In this document: positions 40,339 to 49,414 of the stretch, one piece after another
How the letters are laid out: every line of letters begins with the position of its first letter
Position numbering within the stretch: the stretch's first letter is position 1
Source: a phage
Length of the DNA: 64,000 nt
Assembly: GCA_031520405.1 (NCBI GenBank)
Contig: GCA_031520405.1_4842.1
Reading direction: 5' to 3' (one strand)
Position numbers and translations under genes: made by a program
Notes under the pieces: model-generated
Databases searched by the model: none
What the model was told of the DNA's origin: nothing
Seen by the model: only the letters and a program-made list of their open reading frames with translations

Positions 40339-40366
40339 TGGGATTGGAGGAAGGACTCGAACCTTC
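40339..40366 (-). other. tRNA-like 3' fragment (T-arm plus acceptor strand plus CCA)
   Basis: minus-sense GAAGG-TTCGAGT-CCTTC then CTCCAAT-C-CCA; upstream part does not fold as tRNA. Confidence 0.3.
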
Positions 40367-40750
40367 TCATGTACGCTCCTGATTTCTCAGAAGTAGTCTG
40401 CTCCCATCGACCTATTAAGTACACGCTCCGCTCATTGTCGGCGGGAGATTATTAATCACACCCTCCCGCCTATTTTAGTGCGCCGAATTTTGTTATGAGG
40501 AATCGGAAGACCTCACTGGTGTATGGCTATTAAGCTACTGCCAGGAACGTGTTATCATTAGCGATTATTTTTGTGGTCAGTTTCTAAAAACCCGCAAAGT
40601 CACGCACAACGAAAACGAAAACCTGTTTGAGTCCTAAACCTACCTGTCTTGGTCTCACATCGCTATGAGTGGCCAGGACTCAAACAGCTTGCCGTTCAGT
40701 GAGTTAACTATACTTTGTAACCCGTTATTGATAAAACCTTTTATTTTGTT

Positions 40751-40776
40751 GGCGAGGGTGCGGAATCGAACCACAC
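40751..40776 (-). other. tRNA-like T-arm fragment
   Basis: minus-sense TGTGG-TTCGATT-CCGCA with acceptor-like CCCTCGC; no complete tRNA. Confidence 0.25.
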
Positions 40777-41478
40777 TTCTGAGCGCTACCCCGTGTCACC
40801 AATGCACCACCTCACCATCGATTTGCCGGAACTTACGCATCCGGCCTCGTCCTGTCGGTGTTCTTCTGAATCCGGGAAGATCAGCAGGAACTATGAATCA
40901 AGTTAATTCAACCAACAGGAATCCTCTTGTTGCCCTTTGACGCAACATTATGAACCCTCTATGAAGACTCATAATGTTGTCGGCGTGATGGAGATTAGCG
41001 CCCCCGACCTCCCCTTATATGTTGGTGTCGACTTGCCAACAGGGTGCTCTCTGATTCTGAGCTAATCACGCTACAACAGGGAGTTTCGTTCTCCGACGGT
41101 CAAGTGCGTCCACTGACACCAGCGAGGTGGCTATTACGCCTCTATTCACACAAGCCCCTGAGACTAGGGGTTAACTGGTTTTGGGCTGCAAACCCGACTC
41201 CCACTGTGTTATTTCCCTCATGTTTAATACTTTACCGCAGCCCAGCTAATTTGAAAAGTCCTCTCCCCTTTGAGCTACACTGCCCACAGCAGTGCGGACG
41301 AACCTTCACTCAAAACCGGATGCGCCGAAGTGGGCAACTGTTTACCGGACTGATCGGGTAGACCCAGGAGAGAGCAGGTAATCCCGATCAGGAGGATGAG
41401 GAGTAACATCATGTAAAACATAGTGTTCCCTCCCTTCCATGCAACTAACTTTACTACAATTATTTATTGAATAAAGCG

Positions 41479-42048
41479 TTATTTTAACACTTCTAACTTC
41501 ACAACACGACGCAGAAGGTAAACATATTCGCCAGCAGCTTCATGCGTCATATAATGGGTAGAAGGTGTGGAATGATTGTTCTGGGTTTCTTTTAATCCAA
41601 CACGTTCTGCCCAACCATTAATAGAGTTCCCATAGAAACCGATAATCGCGCCAAAATAAATGCGCTGGCTTTCTGGCTCTAAAACATAGTTGACAGTGAA
41701 GCAAATATCAGAACGAATAGACTCCAGTTTCATACCAACACGACCTTCGGAGAATTCGTTACGAACATATAAATGACGGAAACGATCGCGCCGCGCTTGT
41801 GATGATTCTTCCAATTCTTGTCGGAGTGAAGAAGTTACGTCAATATTAAATGAAAATGTTGGATTCTGTAAATCGGAACGGGCCAACTCTAACGCAGATT
41901 CAACAACGCGACGGAAATTGATACTTTTACCTGTCAGGCGTTTCACTTCATCTGTGATTGTTCCAAAAGGGATTTTCGTGGCGCGTTCCCCTTCGTATTT
42001 TGCCAATAAAGGAATAATGTGTTTCATGATTGCTGTGTTAATGTGCAT
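41479..42048 (-). CDS. hypothetical protein
   Basis: 189-aa ORF; box-hairpin promoter module upstream. Confidence 0.45.
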   Translation of the reverse strand: MHINTAIMKHIIPLLAKYEGERATKIPFGTITDEVKRLTGKSINFRRVVESALELARSDLQNPTFSFNIDVTSSLRQELEESSQARRDRFRHLYVRNEFSEGRVGMKLESIRSDICFTVNYVLEPESQRIYFGAIIGFYGNSINGWAERVGLKETQNNHSTPSTHYMTHEAAGEYVYLLRRVVKLEVLK

Positions 42049-42084
42049 TCCGGAGCCTCACCGAATTGATTAAATGTCTCCATT

Positions 42085-42110
42085 ATTATATTGGAGATAC
42101 GTTTATTGAA
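42085..42110 (-). promoter_or_regulatory. box-hairpin module: TTCAATAAA-N11-TATAAT
   Basis: arms ctcca/tggag with TATAAT in loop, about 40 nt upstream of ATG 42048. Confidence 0.45.
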
Positions 42111-42364
42111 TATAAACACAGGAATGGCCAATAAAATAATGACAGTGATTATTAATAGGTAAAAACTACTTTTCTACAACATCAAGAAACTGTATCTTAA
42201 CGCGGTGCCCTTCGAGTTGTGAGTGTTAACGAACAACGAGAAGCAGCCACCATGGCTGCGGAATGGGACTGCCTGTCAAGGCGGTGTTACGAGCGAGGGC
42301 GTCAGCCCCCTCGCGAGTATATTCGAATAAATTAAACGCGCGCGAGCGTTTTGATTCCCGTTGG

Positions 42365-42371
42365 CTAAATA
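42365..42371 (+). promoter_or_regulatory. late-promoter-like CTAAATA box upstream of gp6
   Basis: ggCTAAATAtc about 40 nt upstream of ATG 42412. Confidence 0.4.
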
Positions 42372-42411
42372 TCTTCAACACCATATTCAAACTCAGGTGA
42401 TGGAGATTATC

Positions 42412-44193
42412 ATGGCCACGCAAACAGTTCCTTCACTCGACGTCAGAGCATTTGAATACATTATTAAACAGCGAATGAAAGCTGATCCCACCTTTAAAGA
42501 TTATGACTTTGAAGGTTCTGGTCTTAGTGCGATTATTCGTTTGTTGGCATCTGACGCGAACGCCATAGCCTTTATGCAAAACATGCTTAATGGTGAAGGC
42601 CATTTGAAGACAGCAAATCAACGTTCAAACGTCGGTTTATCTGCTGCATTTCTTTCCTACACGCCTGACAACTATCGGGCAGCATACATGTATGTCAACA
42701 TCAAAGTTACGCCTTATGACGCCAGCACAGCCCCCAATGAGATCATCATGGATCGGCGCGTAATGTTCGTTGGGGCAAAAGACGGCAGTTCCTACAACTT
42801 TACTGTTGAGAAACCAGTGTCAGCAACGTTGACTGCAGACGGTTATTACATGTTCAACAATGTAAAGTTGGTACAGGGGAATTGGTTGTACAAGACATAT
42901 GATGTTGAAGGAAGCGCGATTTCAACATATACGATTCCTTCTGGGAATGTCGATATCAATCATATGGTCGTGCAAGTACAAGAATCAGAGTCTTCCGACG
43001 TTTCGACGACATATCAACGTTACAACAGTCCATTTGATCTGAGCCAATATGCTTACCTGTATTTCGTAGAATTGGGTATTGACGGTCTGTATGTGTTTGA
43101 ATTCGGGGATGGTTATCTTTCGCGTCGAGTAGAAGATGGGAACGTCATATTCCTTCAATACTTGGAAACTTCTGGTGCTGATGGGAATGATATCACAAGC
43201 CTGTCATCAGCGTCATCCATAGGCGGGTTTAACCAGGTCGACGTAGAATTGGTTTCCGAACGTAGCGCAGGTGGAGACGATCCAGAATCTATTGAGGACA
43301 CTAAACGGTTGGCTCCTTTAGCTTATCAGGCTGATGGTGCTGCGGTTACAGAAACAGATTATGGTGTATTGACTGAAAGGTTATTCTCCAACGTCTCCCG
43401 AGCTAAATCATATGGTGGTGACACGCTGTCTCCTCCTGATTCTGGCTATGTTTACATCGCTGTTATACCTTCTGTTGGTGAGACACTTTCGGACGCTGAG
43501 AAGGCCGATATCGTTGCTGCTCTGGACAAGTATAATGTGGGATCTATTACCCCCAAAATAGTAGACTCCGAGATCACATATATCCAAGTCTCAACGACTA
43601 TATTTTGGGATCCTACTTCTACAGTCTACGTTGAAGAACAGATGAAAGTTGTTGTTGGAAACAGTATCGTTAAATGGGGTGAAAATAATCTCGGCGGATT
43701 TGACCAATTGTTTGACAAAGAAATATTGCAGGAAGCAATTACAAAAATGGAACGTTCTATCAACTCGAATATTACTTCAGTTGGTTATAAACGCCATTTC
43801 AAACCTGATTATGGAGTCTTAGACAGTTTCACATTCAGTTATGGACGAAGTATCAAACCTGGTTCTGTGAAAATAACGGGGTTCAAACCGCTTCCTGCCG
43901 AGGTGGATTTCACTTACTACATGCGCGACAATAATGGCGATCTGAACATGTATAAAGTGAATAACAATGACACGACAAAAGAGTTTTTAGTTCAAAAAAC
44001 AGGGGTTGTGGATTATGCAAATGGGGTTGTAGACCTTCAGCAGATCACGGTCTCTAACTATAACCCTGAAGGGGTGACCATAGTCGTGTTACCGGATGGA
44101 CTGAACCAGAACATACAGGCTACACAAAACCAAGTATTCAAGATTGGTGATGTGGTTGTTACGCCAGAGGTGCGCTATGTCCAAAGATCTTAA
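42412..44193 (+). CDS. baseplate wedge protein (T4 gp6-like)
   Basis: blocks DYDFEGSGLS, TANQRSNV, GADGND...GGDDPESIEDTKRL match T4 gp6; start set at ATG after GGAG SD (track 42361..44193). Confidence 0.75.
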   Translation: MATQTVPSLDVRAFEYIIKQRMKADPTFKDYDFEGSGLSAIIRLLASDANAIAFMQNMLNGEGHLKTANQRSNVGLSAAFLSYTPDNYRAAYMYVNIKVTPYDASTAPNEIIMDRRVMFVGAKDGSSYNFTVEKPVSATLTADGYYMFNNVKLVQGNWLYKTYDVEGSAISTYTIPSGNVDINHMVVQVQESESSDVSTTYQRYNSPFDLSQYAYLYFVELGIDGLYVFEFGDGYLSRRVEDGNVIFLQYLETSGADGNDITSLSSASSIGGFNQVDVELVSERSAGGDDPESIEDTKRLAPLAYQADGAAVTETDYGVLTERLFSNVSRAKSYGGDTLSPPDSGYVYIAVIPSVGETLSDAEKADIVAALDKYNVGSITPKIVDSEITYIQVSTTIFWDPTSTVYVEEQMKVVVGNSIVKWGENNLGGFDQLFDKEILQEAITKMERSINSNITSVGYKRHFKPDYGVLDSFTFSYGRSIKPGSVKITGFKPLPAEVDFTYYMRDNNGDLNMYKVNNNDTTKEFLVQKTGVVDYANGVVDLQQITVSNYNPEGVTIVVLPDGLNQNIQATQNQVFKIGDVVVTPEVRYVQRS

Positions 44194-45031
44194 TAATGGA
44201 CACAACGGGGTTAAGTATGAAACTCCGTTGTTCTACCAGAATGATTTCCCTCTGTTCATAGAATTTATGGACACGTTCTTCAATTGGTTGTATAGACAGC
44301 AGGGGTTCACTCAAGAAGAGATCTTGGCATATCTGGCAGATACGTCTAGTTGGATGAATCCCGAGAGTGAAGATTCTCCGGTTAAACAGCTGATTGATTT
44401 AAAGGCTGACAAGACTCCAGGCTCAGAGGCCAAGGATTATTTGTCTGATAAATTCTTGGTTCGTACCTTTGAGAACATGATGGCTCTGGATGCCGAAGAA
44501 CTTTTAGATGCCGACGGAAGGCCGCTATTGTCAATAGAAGATAAGAACAAACAGATAGATGACTGGTATAATGATTTTGGTTTCCAACGAACTGTTGATA
44601 AATCATTTCAAGAATTTGGACATTTTATCCCAGTCGGTTCGGATTCTTTATTGACGGCCACGGGCGATACGTTCTCTGTTTATATCGAAGGAACGAAACG
44701 GAGAACGCTAGATCATCCACGTTGGTTGAAACTGTTAAAACATATCTATAAAATCCGCGGAACCAAGAAAGCAATTGAATTGTTCTTTTGGATATATTTT
44801 GGTTGTCCAGTCAGTGTCTATTTCCCAAAAGAGGAAATAGGCGGTCTGGATGGCAATTTTGAATGTGACGGTATGACAGGGATGCGTGATGACTATTATT
44901 ATGATGAGTACACTTACGTGATAAGAGTCCCAGGCGACGTATCTGATTTCGAAGGCGTATTTGAACGTGTCTTCCGTCAGCATTTCCATCCTGCTGGGTT
45001 TACTGTATTCCTAGAAAGTTCAAGGAGCTAA
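44177..45031 (+). CDS. hypothetical protein in baseplate module
   Basis: ORF overlapping end of gp6; start uncertain (track 44144). Confidence 0.4.
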   Translation: MSKDLNNGHNGVKYETPLFYQNDFPLFIEFMDTFFNWLYRQQGFTQEEILAYLADTSSWMNPESEDSPVKQLIDLKADKTPGSEAKDYLSDKFLVRTFENMMALDAEELLDADGRPLLSIEDKNKQIDDWYNDFGFQRTVDKSFQEFGHFIPVGSDSLLTATGDTFSVYIEGTKRRTLDHPRWLKLLKHIYKIRGTKKAIELFFWIYFGCPVSVYFPKEEIGGLDGNFECDGMTGMRDDYYYDEYTYVIRVPGDVSDFEGVFERVFRQHFHPAGFTVFLESSRS

Positions 45032-45033
45032 AA

Positions 45034-46224
45034 ATGGCCGATTTCCTGAGTCAATATACAGGTCAGCAGATAGATCAGATATTGGGTTCTGTTGACGACA
45101 AAGTAAGTAAAAATGACGTTATTAACGATTTTGAAGTTAACGACCCATTGTTTCCACCATCTGCTCGCCTGACATATGAGTTGAAAAGATCTGTTGACAC
45201 AATCAATGATACTCTGGCCAACAAAGTTATTCGTACAGATAGTGGTGAACAAACAATCAATGGCAAAAAGACTTTCAATGCGTTGTTGGTGACCAATGGG
45301 GGCATACAAGTTCCCGCCGGAAAATCCGTTTCAATCACAGATGAACCAACGAACTCGACAGATGGTGTTAACCTGAGCATGTTGAGAAAGCATGGCGTCA
45401 GTGAAGACACTACCCCGCCTGGTTCTGGTTTGGCTGGGGAGTTGTTGACATCCGGATATTACAAATTCAATTTGGACTTCACCAGGTTGTCTGCGTATAC
45501 CGGACCAACGTTGCCGACTTCAGTTCCAGTACAAACAGATTCTGGAGCGCGTTATTGGACAATGACTGCATTTTTTGATGCGTTGTTTGCAGACAACCGA
45601 TTTAATGGATATGTGACAACGACAGCGTATGACGCAGATATGCTGAGTCTAGAATCCCAGATTAATAACATCAACACGTCGTTGAACGGGAAAGTCAACA
45701 CCTCGACTTACAACACTAAGATGGCGTCATTGGATTTGAGTATCTCCAATATCAATACGTCTCTGGGTAATAAAGTCGAGGTCAGCACGTACAACACGAA
45801 GATGGCATCTCTGGATAACAGCATCAGTTCTCTTTCCAGTGATAAAGTTAGTGTATCAACGTATAATGCCAAGATGACCTCTATCGACAATAGTTTGGGG
45901 AACGCCGTTTATCGTACCAAAACGAATTTGTCGTCATACACGGTTTCGGCTTCTGGAACGACGGCTCTTCCAGATTTTGATTTGGTGAACCTTTGTCAAA
46001 TACTGGTAACTGCGCAATGGGGGATAGGTAACGTTGTTGACACATATCGAGTAACCATAACTCGTGACGGAACGATCAAATCAGAGTTGTTAGTTCAGAA
46101 AAGTACGAGTGGTACAGTGACGTTCACAGGGTCTGTGGTGGGCGGTAAATTGAGAATTTCCGTTGTTAATGCGAATACAACAACTGCTTGTTCTGTTGAT
46201 TATTCTATTGCAGCTTCTTTCTAA
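45034..46224 (+). CDS. tail fibre protein with internal tandem repeats
   Basis: TINGKKTFN fibre motif; three to four roughly 26-aa repeats (NINTSLNGKVNTSTYNTKMASLD...). Confidence 0.5.
   Translation: MADFLSQYTGQQIDQILGSVDDKVSKNDVINDFEVNDPLFPPSARLTYELKRSVDTINDTLANKVIRTDSGEQTINGKKTFNALLVTNGGIQVPAGKSVSITDEPTNSTDGVNLSMLRKHGVSEDTTPPGSGLAGELLTSGYYKFNLDFTRLSAYTGPTLPTSVPVQTDSGARYWTMTAFFDALFADNRFNGYVTTTAYDADMLSLESQINNINTSLNGKVNTSTYNTKMASLDLSISNINTSLGNKVEVSTYNTKMASLDNSISSLSSDKVSVSTYNAKMTSIDNSLGNAVYRTKTNLSSYTVSASGTTALPDFDLVNLCQILVTAQWGIGNVVDTYRVTITRDGTIKSELLVQKSTSGTVTFTGSVVGGKLRISVVNANTTTACSVDYSIAASF
45655..45900 (+). repeat. intragenic tandem repeats (about 80-nt period)
   Basis: repeated units ...aatatcaatacgtc.../...acgtacaacacgaagatggc... 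encoding NINTSL-GxKV-STYNTKMASLD. Confidence 0.5.
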
Positions 46225-46226
46225 AA

Positions 46227-46264
46227 CTAAATACCCCTAGATGACATGAATACATTTAGGGGTA
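46227..46264 (+). promoter_or_regulatory. late-promoter-like box CTAAATA plus SD-sequestering 5'UTR hairpin
   Basis: CTAAATA then hairpin tacccct...aggggta with AGGGG SD in the 3' arm, ATG at 46271. Confidence 0.45.
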
Positions 46265-46270
46265 TTACAA

Positions 46271-49200
46271 ATGGCCAACAAACCAACACAGCCTCTTTTC
46301 CCTTTGGGTTTAGAAACTTCTGAGTCTTCGAACATAAAAGGCTTCAACAACTCCGGCACTATTGAGCATTCCCCTGGTGCCGTAATGACATTTCCTGAAG
46401 ATACTGAAGTTACAGGTCTTCCATCTTCTGTGCGTTACAATCCTGATAGTGATGAATTTGAAGGTTATTACGAAAACGGTGGTTGGCTGTCTTTGGGGGG
46501 CGGTGGAATACGCTGGGAAACGCTCCCTCACGCTCCCTCTAGCAATTTGTTAGAAGGTCGTGGCTATCTCATTAATAATACCACAGGGACATCTACAGTG
46601 GTTCTCCCTTCCCCTACGCGTATTGGGGATTCCGTTACTATTTGTGATGCTTATGGGAAATTTGCCACTTACCCATTGACCGTGTCTCCTTCTGGAAATA
46701 ATTTGTATGGTTCCACTGAAGACATGGCTATAACAACTGATAATGTTTCAGCAACGTTCACTTGGTCTGGACCTGAACAAGGTTGGGTTATCACATCCGG
46801 AGTCGGTCTTGGTCAAGGCCGTGTCTACAGTCGTGAAATCTTTACACAAATTTTGGCGTCTGAAACAAGTGCTGTCACTCTCAATACTCCACCAATAATC
46901 GTGGACGTGTATGCTGACGGAAAACGTCTTGCGGAATCCAAATATTCACTAGATGGGAATGTAATCACTTTCAGTCCTTCTTTGTCAGCCAACACAGAAC
47001 TTCAGGTGATTGAATATACTCCTATTCAATTGGGTAATGGCGGTGGTTCTGGTTCTTCTACGATTACTTGGGTCTATAATGGGGGTTCAGCGATTGGCGG
47101 TGAAACCGAAATCACGTTAGACATCGTTGTTGATGATGTTCCGGCCATTGATATAAACGGAAGTCGCCAGTATAAAAATCTGGGGTTCACATTCGATCCA
47201 TTAACCAGTAAAATCACTCTTGCGCAAGAACTGGATGCAGAGGATGAAGTTGTTGTAATTATCAATGGAACGCCAAACATCTATAATCAAATTGATTATA
47301 CTTTGCGGGAAGTGGCTCGTGTAACCAATGTTAAAGATACAGAGGTCATTTATTTTAGTGTTGGTGCTGTGTTAAGCGGGTATAAAGTTATCTATGATAA
47401 AGTAACACAGAGATCATATTTTATTCCAGAGCTACCGACTGGAACCACGGCAGTCAGCCTTAGTTCTTCGGCTGTACTTGTGCATTCTGCTGGTAGTGTT
47501 GATCTGGGCGCATTAGCTGTATCTCGTGAAGAATACGTAACATTGTCTGGGACATTTGATTCTGGTGCTGTCATCAATACTAAAAATGAATTACTCACTC
47601 ACACGGATGGAAAGTATCGTTGGGATGGTACACTTCCTAAAACCGTTGCTCCTGGCTCAACTCCTATTACAACAGGCGGCGTTGGTGTTGGCGCATGGAT
47701 TAGTGTTGGTGATGCTTCATTGAGAAGTGACTTATTAAAAGATGATGGATACACACTTATTCCATCAGTGCAAATTCAGCAATGGAGAGCTGAGGGTGAC
47801 ATTAGAGGGTGGGGGGCTGTAGACGGTGGATTCAATGATTCAGCCATTTTAGCGGCTCTAAACTCTGATTCACCGAGTATAAAGCTCGGCGGAAGAGGAT
47901 TTGTTTCCAAGGTTTCCGATACCATTAACCACAAAAGCAATAAAGTGATACATAGTGGTTCCCTGAATTTTCAGTTTGTTGGAGGAACTCAGCAAGAGAA
48001 ATCCGGGATACTTATGGCTAACATCGCTAATGCCAAAGTGATTGATGTTGATATAACCGGAACCCTGGACGGCGGCATTCGTGGGTACGGTGGAAGCAAT
48101 ATCGTTATTGACGGAGTGAGTGTTCACGACATCGGGGTTTCAGCATTGACTGGCGAGTGCGGCATGGGGATCTGGTTCGGAGACTACGCACACTATGAGA
48201 ATCAAACTGATGGACTATTAATACAAAATTGCCGCATTAACAATATTGGCGGTGTAGGCATCATGCGCGGTGACGGCATTGGTGTTTATAATGCTAAAAA
48301 CTTTACTATCAGAAACAATAACATCACCACTGTAAACAGAATGGGGATATCAGCAGGTAGTGATTGTTTATATTTCAAAATACACGGGAACTATATTGGC
48401 GATATCTTATTGGCAGGTATAGATATAGAACCAGATGCACATTATACCGCTTCAAATTTCAAGATATACAATAACACTATTATTGGTTTTGCCTCTAGAT
48501 TCGTGACTGCGACTGGCGGTGTTGGTCAGCTTTTTGGTATTGATGTACACGCCAACACTTCATACGGTAAAGTTTACAAGAACATACTGTCGGCAGGTCA
48601 GTATGGAACAGAAGCATTCCATATAGGAAATAATGCAGATGAGATTGAGATTACAGATAACGATCTGATAGGCGGTGCTGTTGTAATCCCATTATTCATT
48701 AAGACATATGATGGTAGTGGTAGTAAGCACATCAAAATAAACCGCAACAGGGCAAAGAGAACATGTAAATCATTTGCAGATGTTGCCATGTCTGAAGATG
48801 TTTATATTTCTGAAAATGTATTCTCTGGAAATAGTTCTGCTGATAGCTTTTTCTTAAGGCTATCGACAATATCTGGGCTTAATGTTGACTATAACCGGTC
48901 CAGTGATACAACAAACTTCATTAAGGCATTTGACGCTGGAAACACATCAAGTATGAAGGTCACTAATAATAATGCATACACTCTTTCAGATGGTATAGAC
49001 ATACTAACTTCTGGTCCACTGGCTGAATTTATTGCTTCTGGAAACACTATTTTATGCCCAGCATCCAACAAAGGAATTTCACTGGAAGTAACAGGTTCAG
49101 GTTCTATTTCTAATATTAGGCTCCGTGGCAACATAATTTATAATGCCACAACTAAAATATATGTATCACCTGCTGCCACTGGATGGGATATGTTAACCAA

Positions 49201-49306
49201 AAATAGCAGGTATGATCTGTCTGGAGTCGCAAATGGCACTCAGCTATTCGAACTATCAAGGAATAGAGTTACTCAATTTTTAAACGGAACATGGTATGAT
49301 GGTTAA
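46271..49306 (+). CDS. tailspike protein with beta-helix (putative depolymerase), 1011 aa
   Basis: shared tailspike module (VKDTEVIYF...YRWDGTLPKTVAPGSTP...GGVGVGAWISVGD) plus Gly/Asn-rich parallel beta-helix repeats. Confidence 0.7.
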   Translation: MANKPTQPLFPLGLETSESSNIKGFNNSGTIEHSPGAVMTFPEDTEVTGLPSSVRYNPDSDEFEGYYENGGWLSLGGGGIRWETLPHAPSSNLLEGRGYLINNTTGTSTVVLPSPTRIGDSVTICDAYGKFATYPLTVSPSGNNLYGSTEDMAITTDNVSATFTWSGPEQGWVITSGVGLGQGRVYSREIFTQILASETSAVTLNTPPIIVDVYADGKRLAESKYSLDGNVITFSPSLSANTELQVIEYTPIQLGNGGGSGSSTITWVYNGGSAIGGETEITLDIVVDDVPAIDINGSRQYKNLGFTFDPLTSKITLAQELDAEDEVVVIINGTPNIYNQIDYTLREVARVTNVKDTEVIYFSVGAVLSGYKVIYDKVTQRSYFIPELPTGTTAVSLSSSAVLVHSAGSVDLGALAVSREEYVTLSGTFDSGAVINTKNELLTHTDGKYRWDGTLPKTVAPGSTPITTGGVGVGAWISVGDASLRSDLLKDDGYTLIPSVQIQQWRAEGDIRGWGAVDGGFNDSAILAALNSDSPSIKLGGRGFVSKVSDTINHKSNKVIHSGSLNFQFVGGTQQEKSGILMANIANAKVIDVDITGTLDGGIRGYGGSNIVIDGVSVHDIGVSALTGECGMGIWFGDYAHYENQTDGLLIQNCRINNIGGVGIMRGDGIGVYNAKNFTIRNNNITTVNRMGISAGSDCLYFKIHGNYIGDILLAGIDIEPDAHYTASNFKIYNNTIIGFASRFVTATGGVGQLFGIDVHANTSYGKVYKNILSAGQYGTEAFHIGNNADEIEITDNDLIGGAVVIPLFIKTYDGSGSKHIKINRNRAKRTCKSFADVAMSEDVYISENVFSGNSSADSFFLRLSTISGLNVDYNRSSDTTNFIKAFDAGNTSSMKVTNNNAYTLSDGIDILTSGPLAEFIASGNTILCPASNKGISLEVTGSGSISNIRLRGNIIYNATTKIYVSPAATGWDMLTKNSRYDLSGVANGTQLFELSRNRVTQFLNGTWYDG

Positions 49307-49314
49307 GTTATTTA

Positions 49315-49342
49315 AAAACCCCGCTTCGGCGGGGTTCTTATT
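49315..49342 (+). terminator. rho-independent terminator
   Basis: hairpin aacccc-gcttcggc-ggggtt then cttatt. Confidence 0.5.
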
Positions 49343-49414
49343 ATACCTTTGTTCATAAATTTTATTAGTTCAGACTAAATACTCCATATTGGTCATCCTT
49401 TATGGAGTATTATC
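49318..49414 (+). repeat. intergenic repeat element copy 1 (terminator + late-promoter box + UTR hairpin)
   Basis: 59 nt identical to 51383..51441 region; contains gaCTAAATAc and hairpin tactccata/tatggagta. Confidence 0.7.

Noticed and set aside
40211-40600. tmRNA-like 3' end (GGGTTCGACTCCC ... CTCCA)
   Set aside because: No matching 5' acceptor strand or tag reading frame found within a tmRNA-sized distance
37400-41480. CRISPR array
   Set aside because: T-arm-like motifs recur but spacing and flanks are irregular; no direct repeat-spacer periodicity
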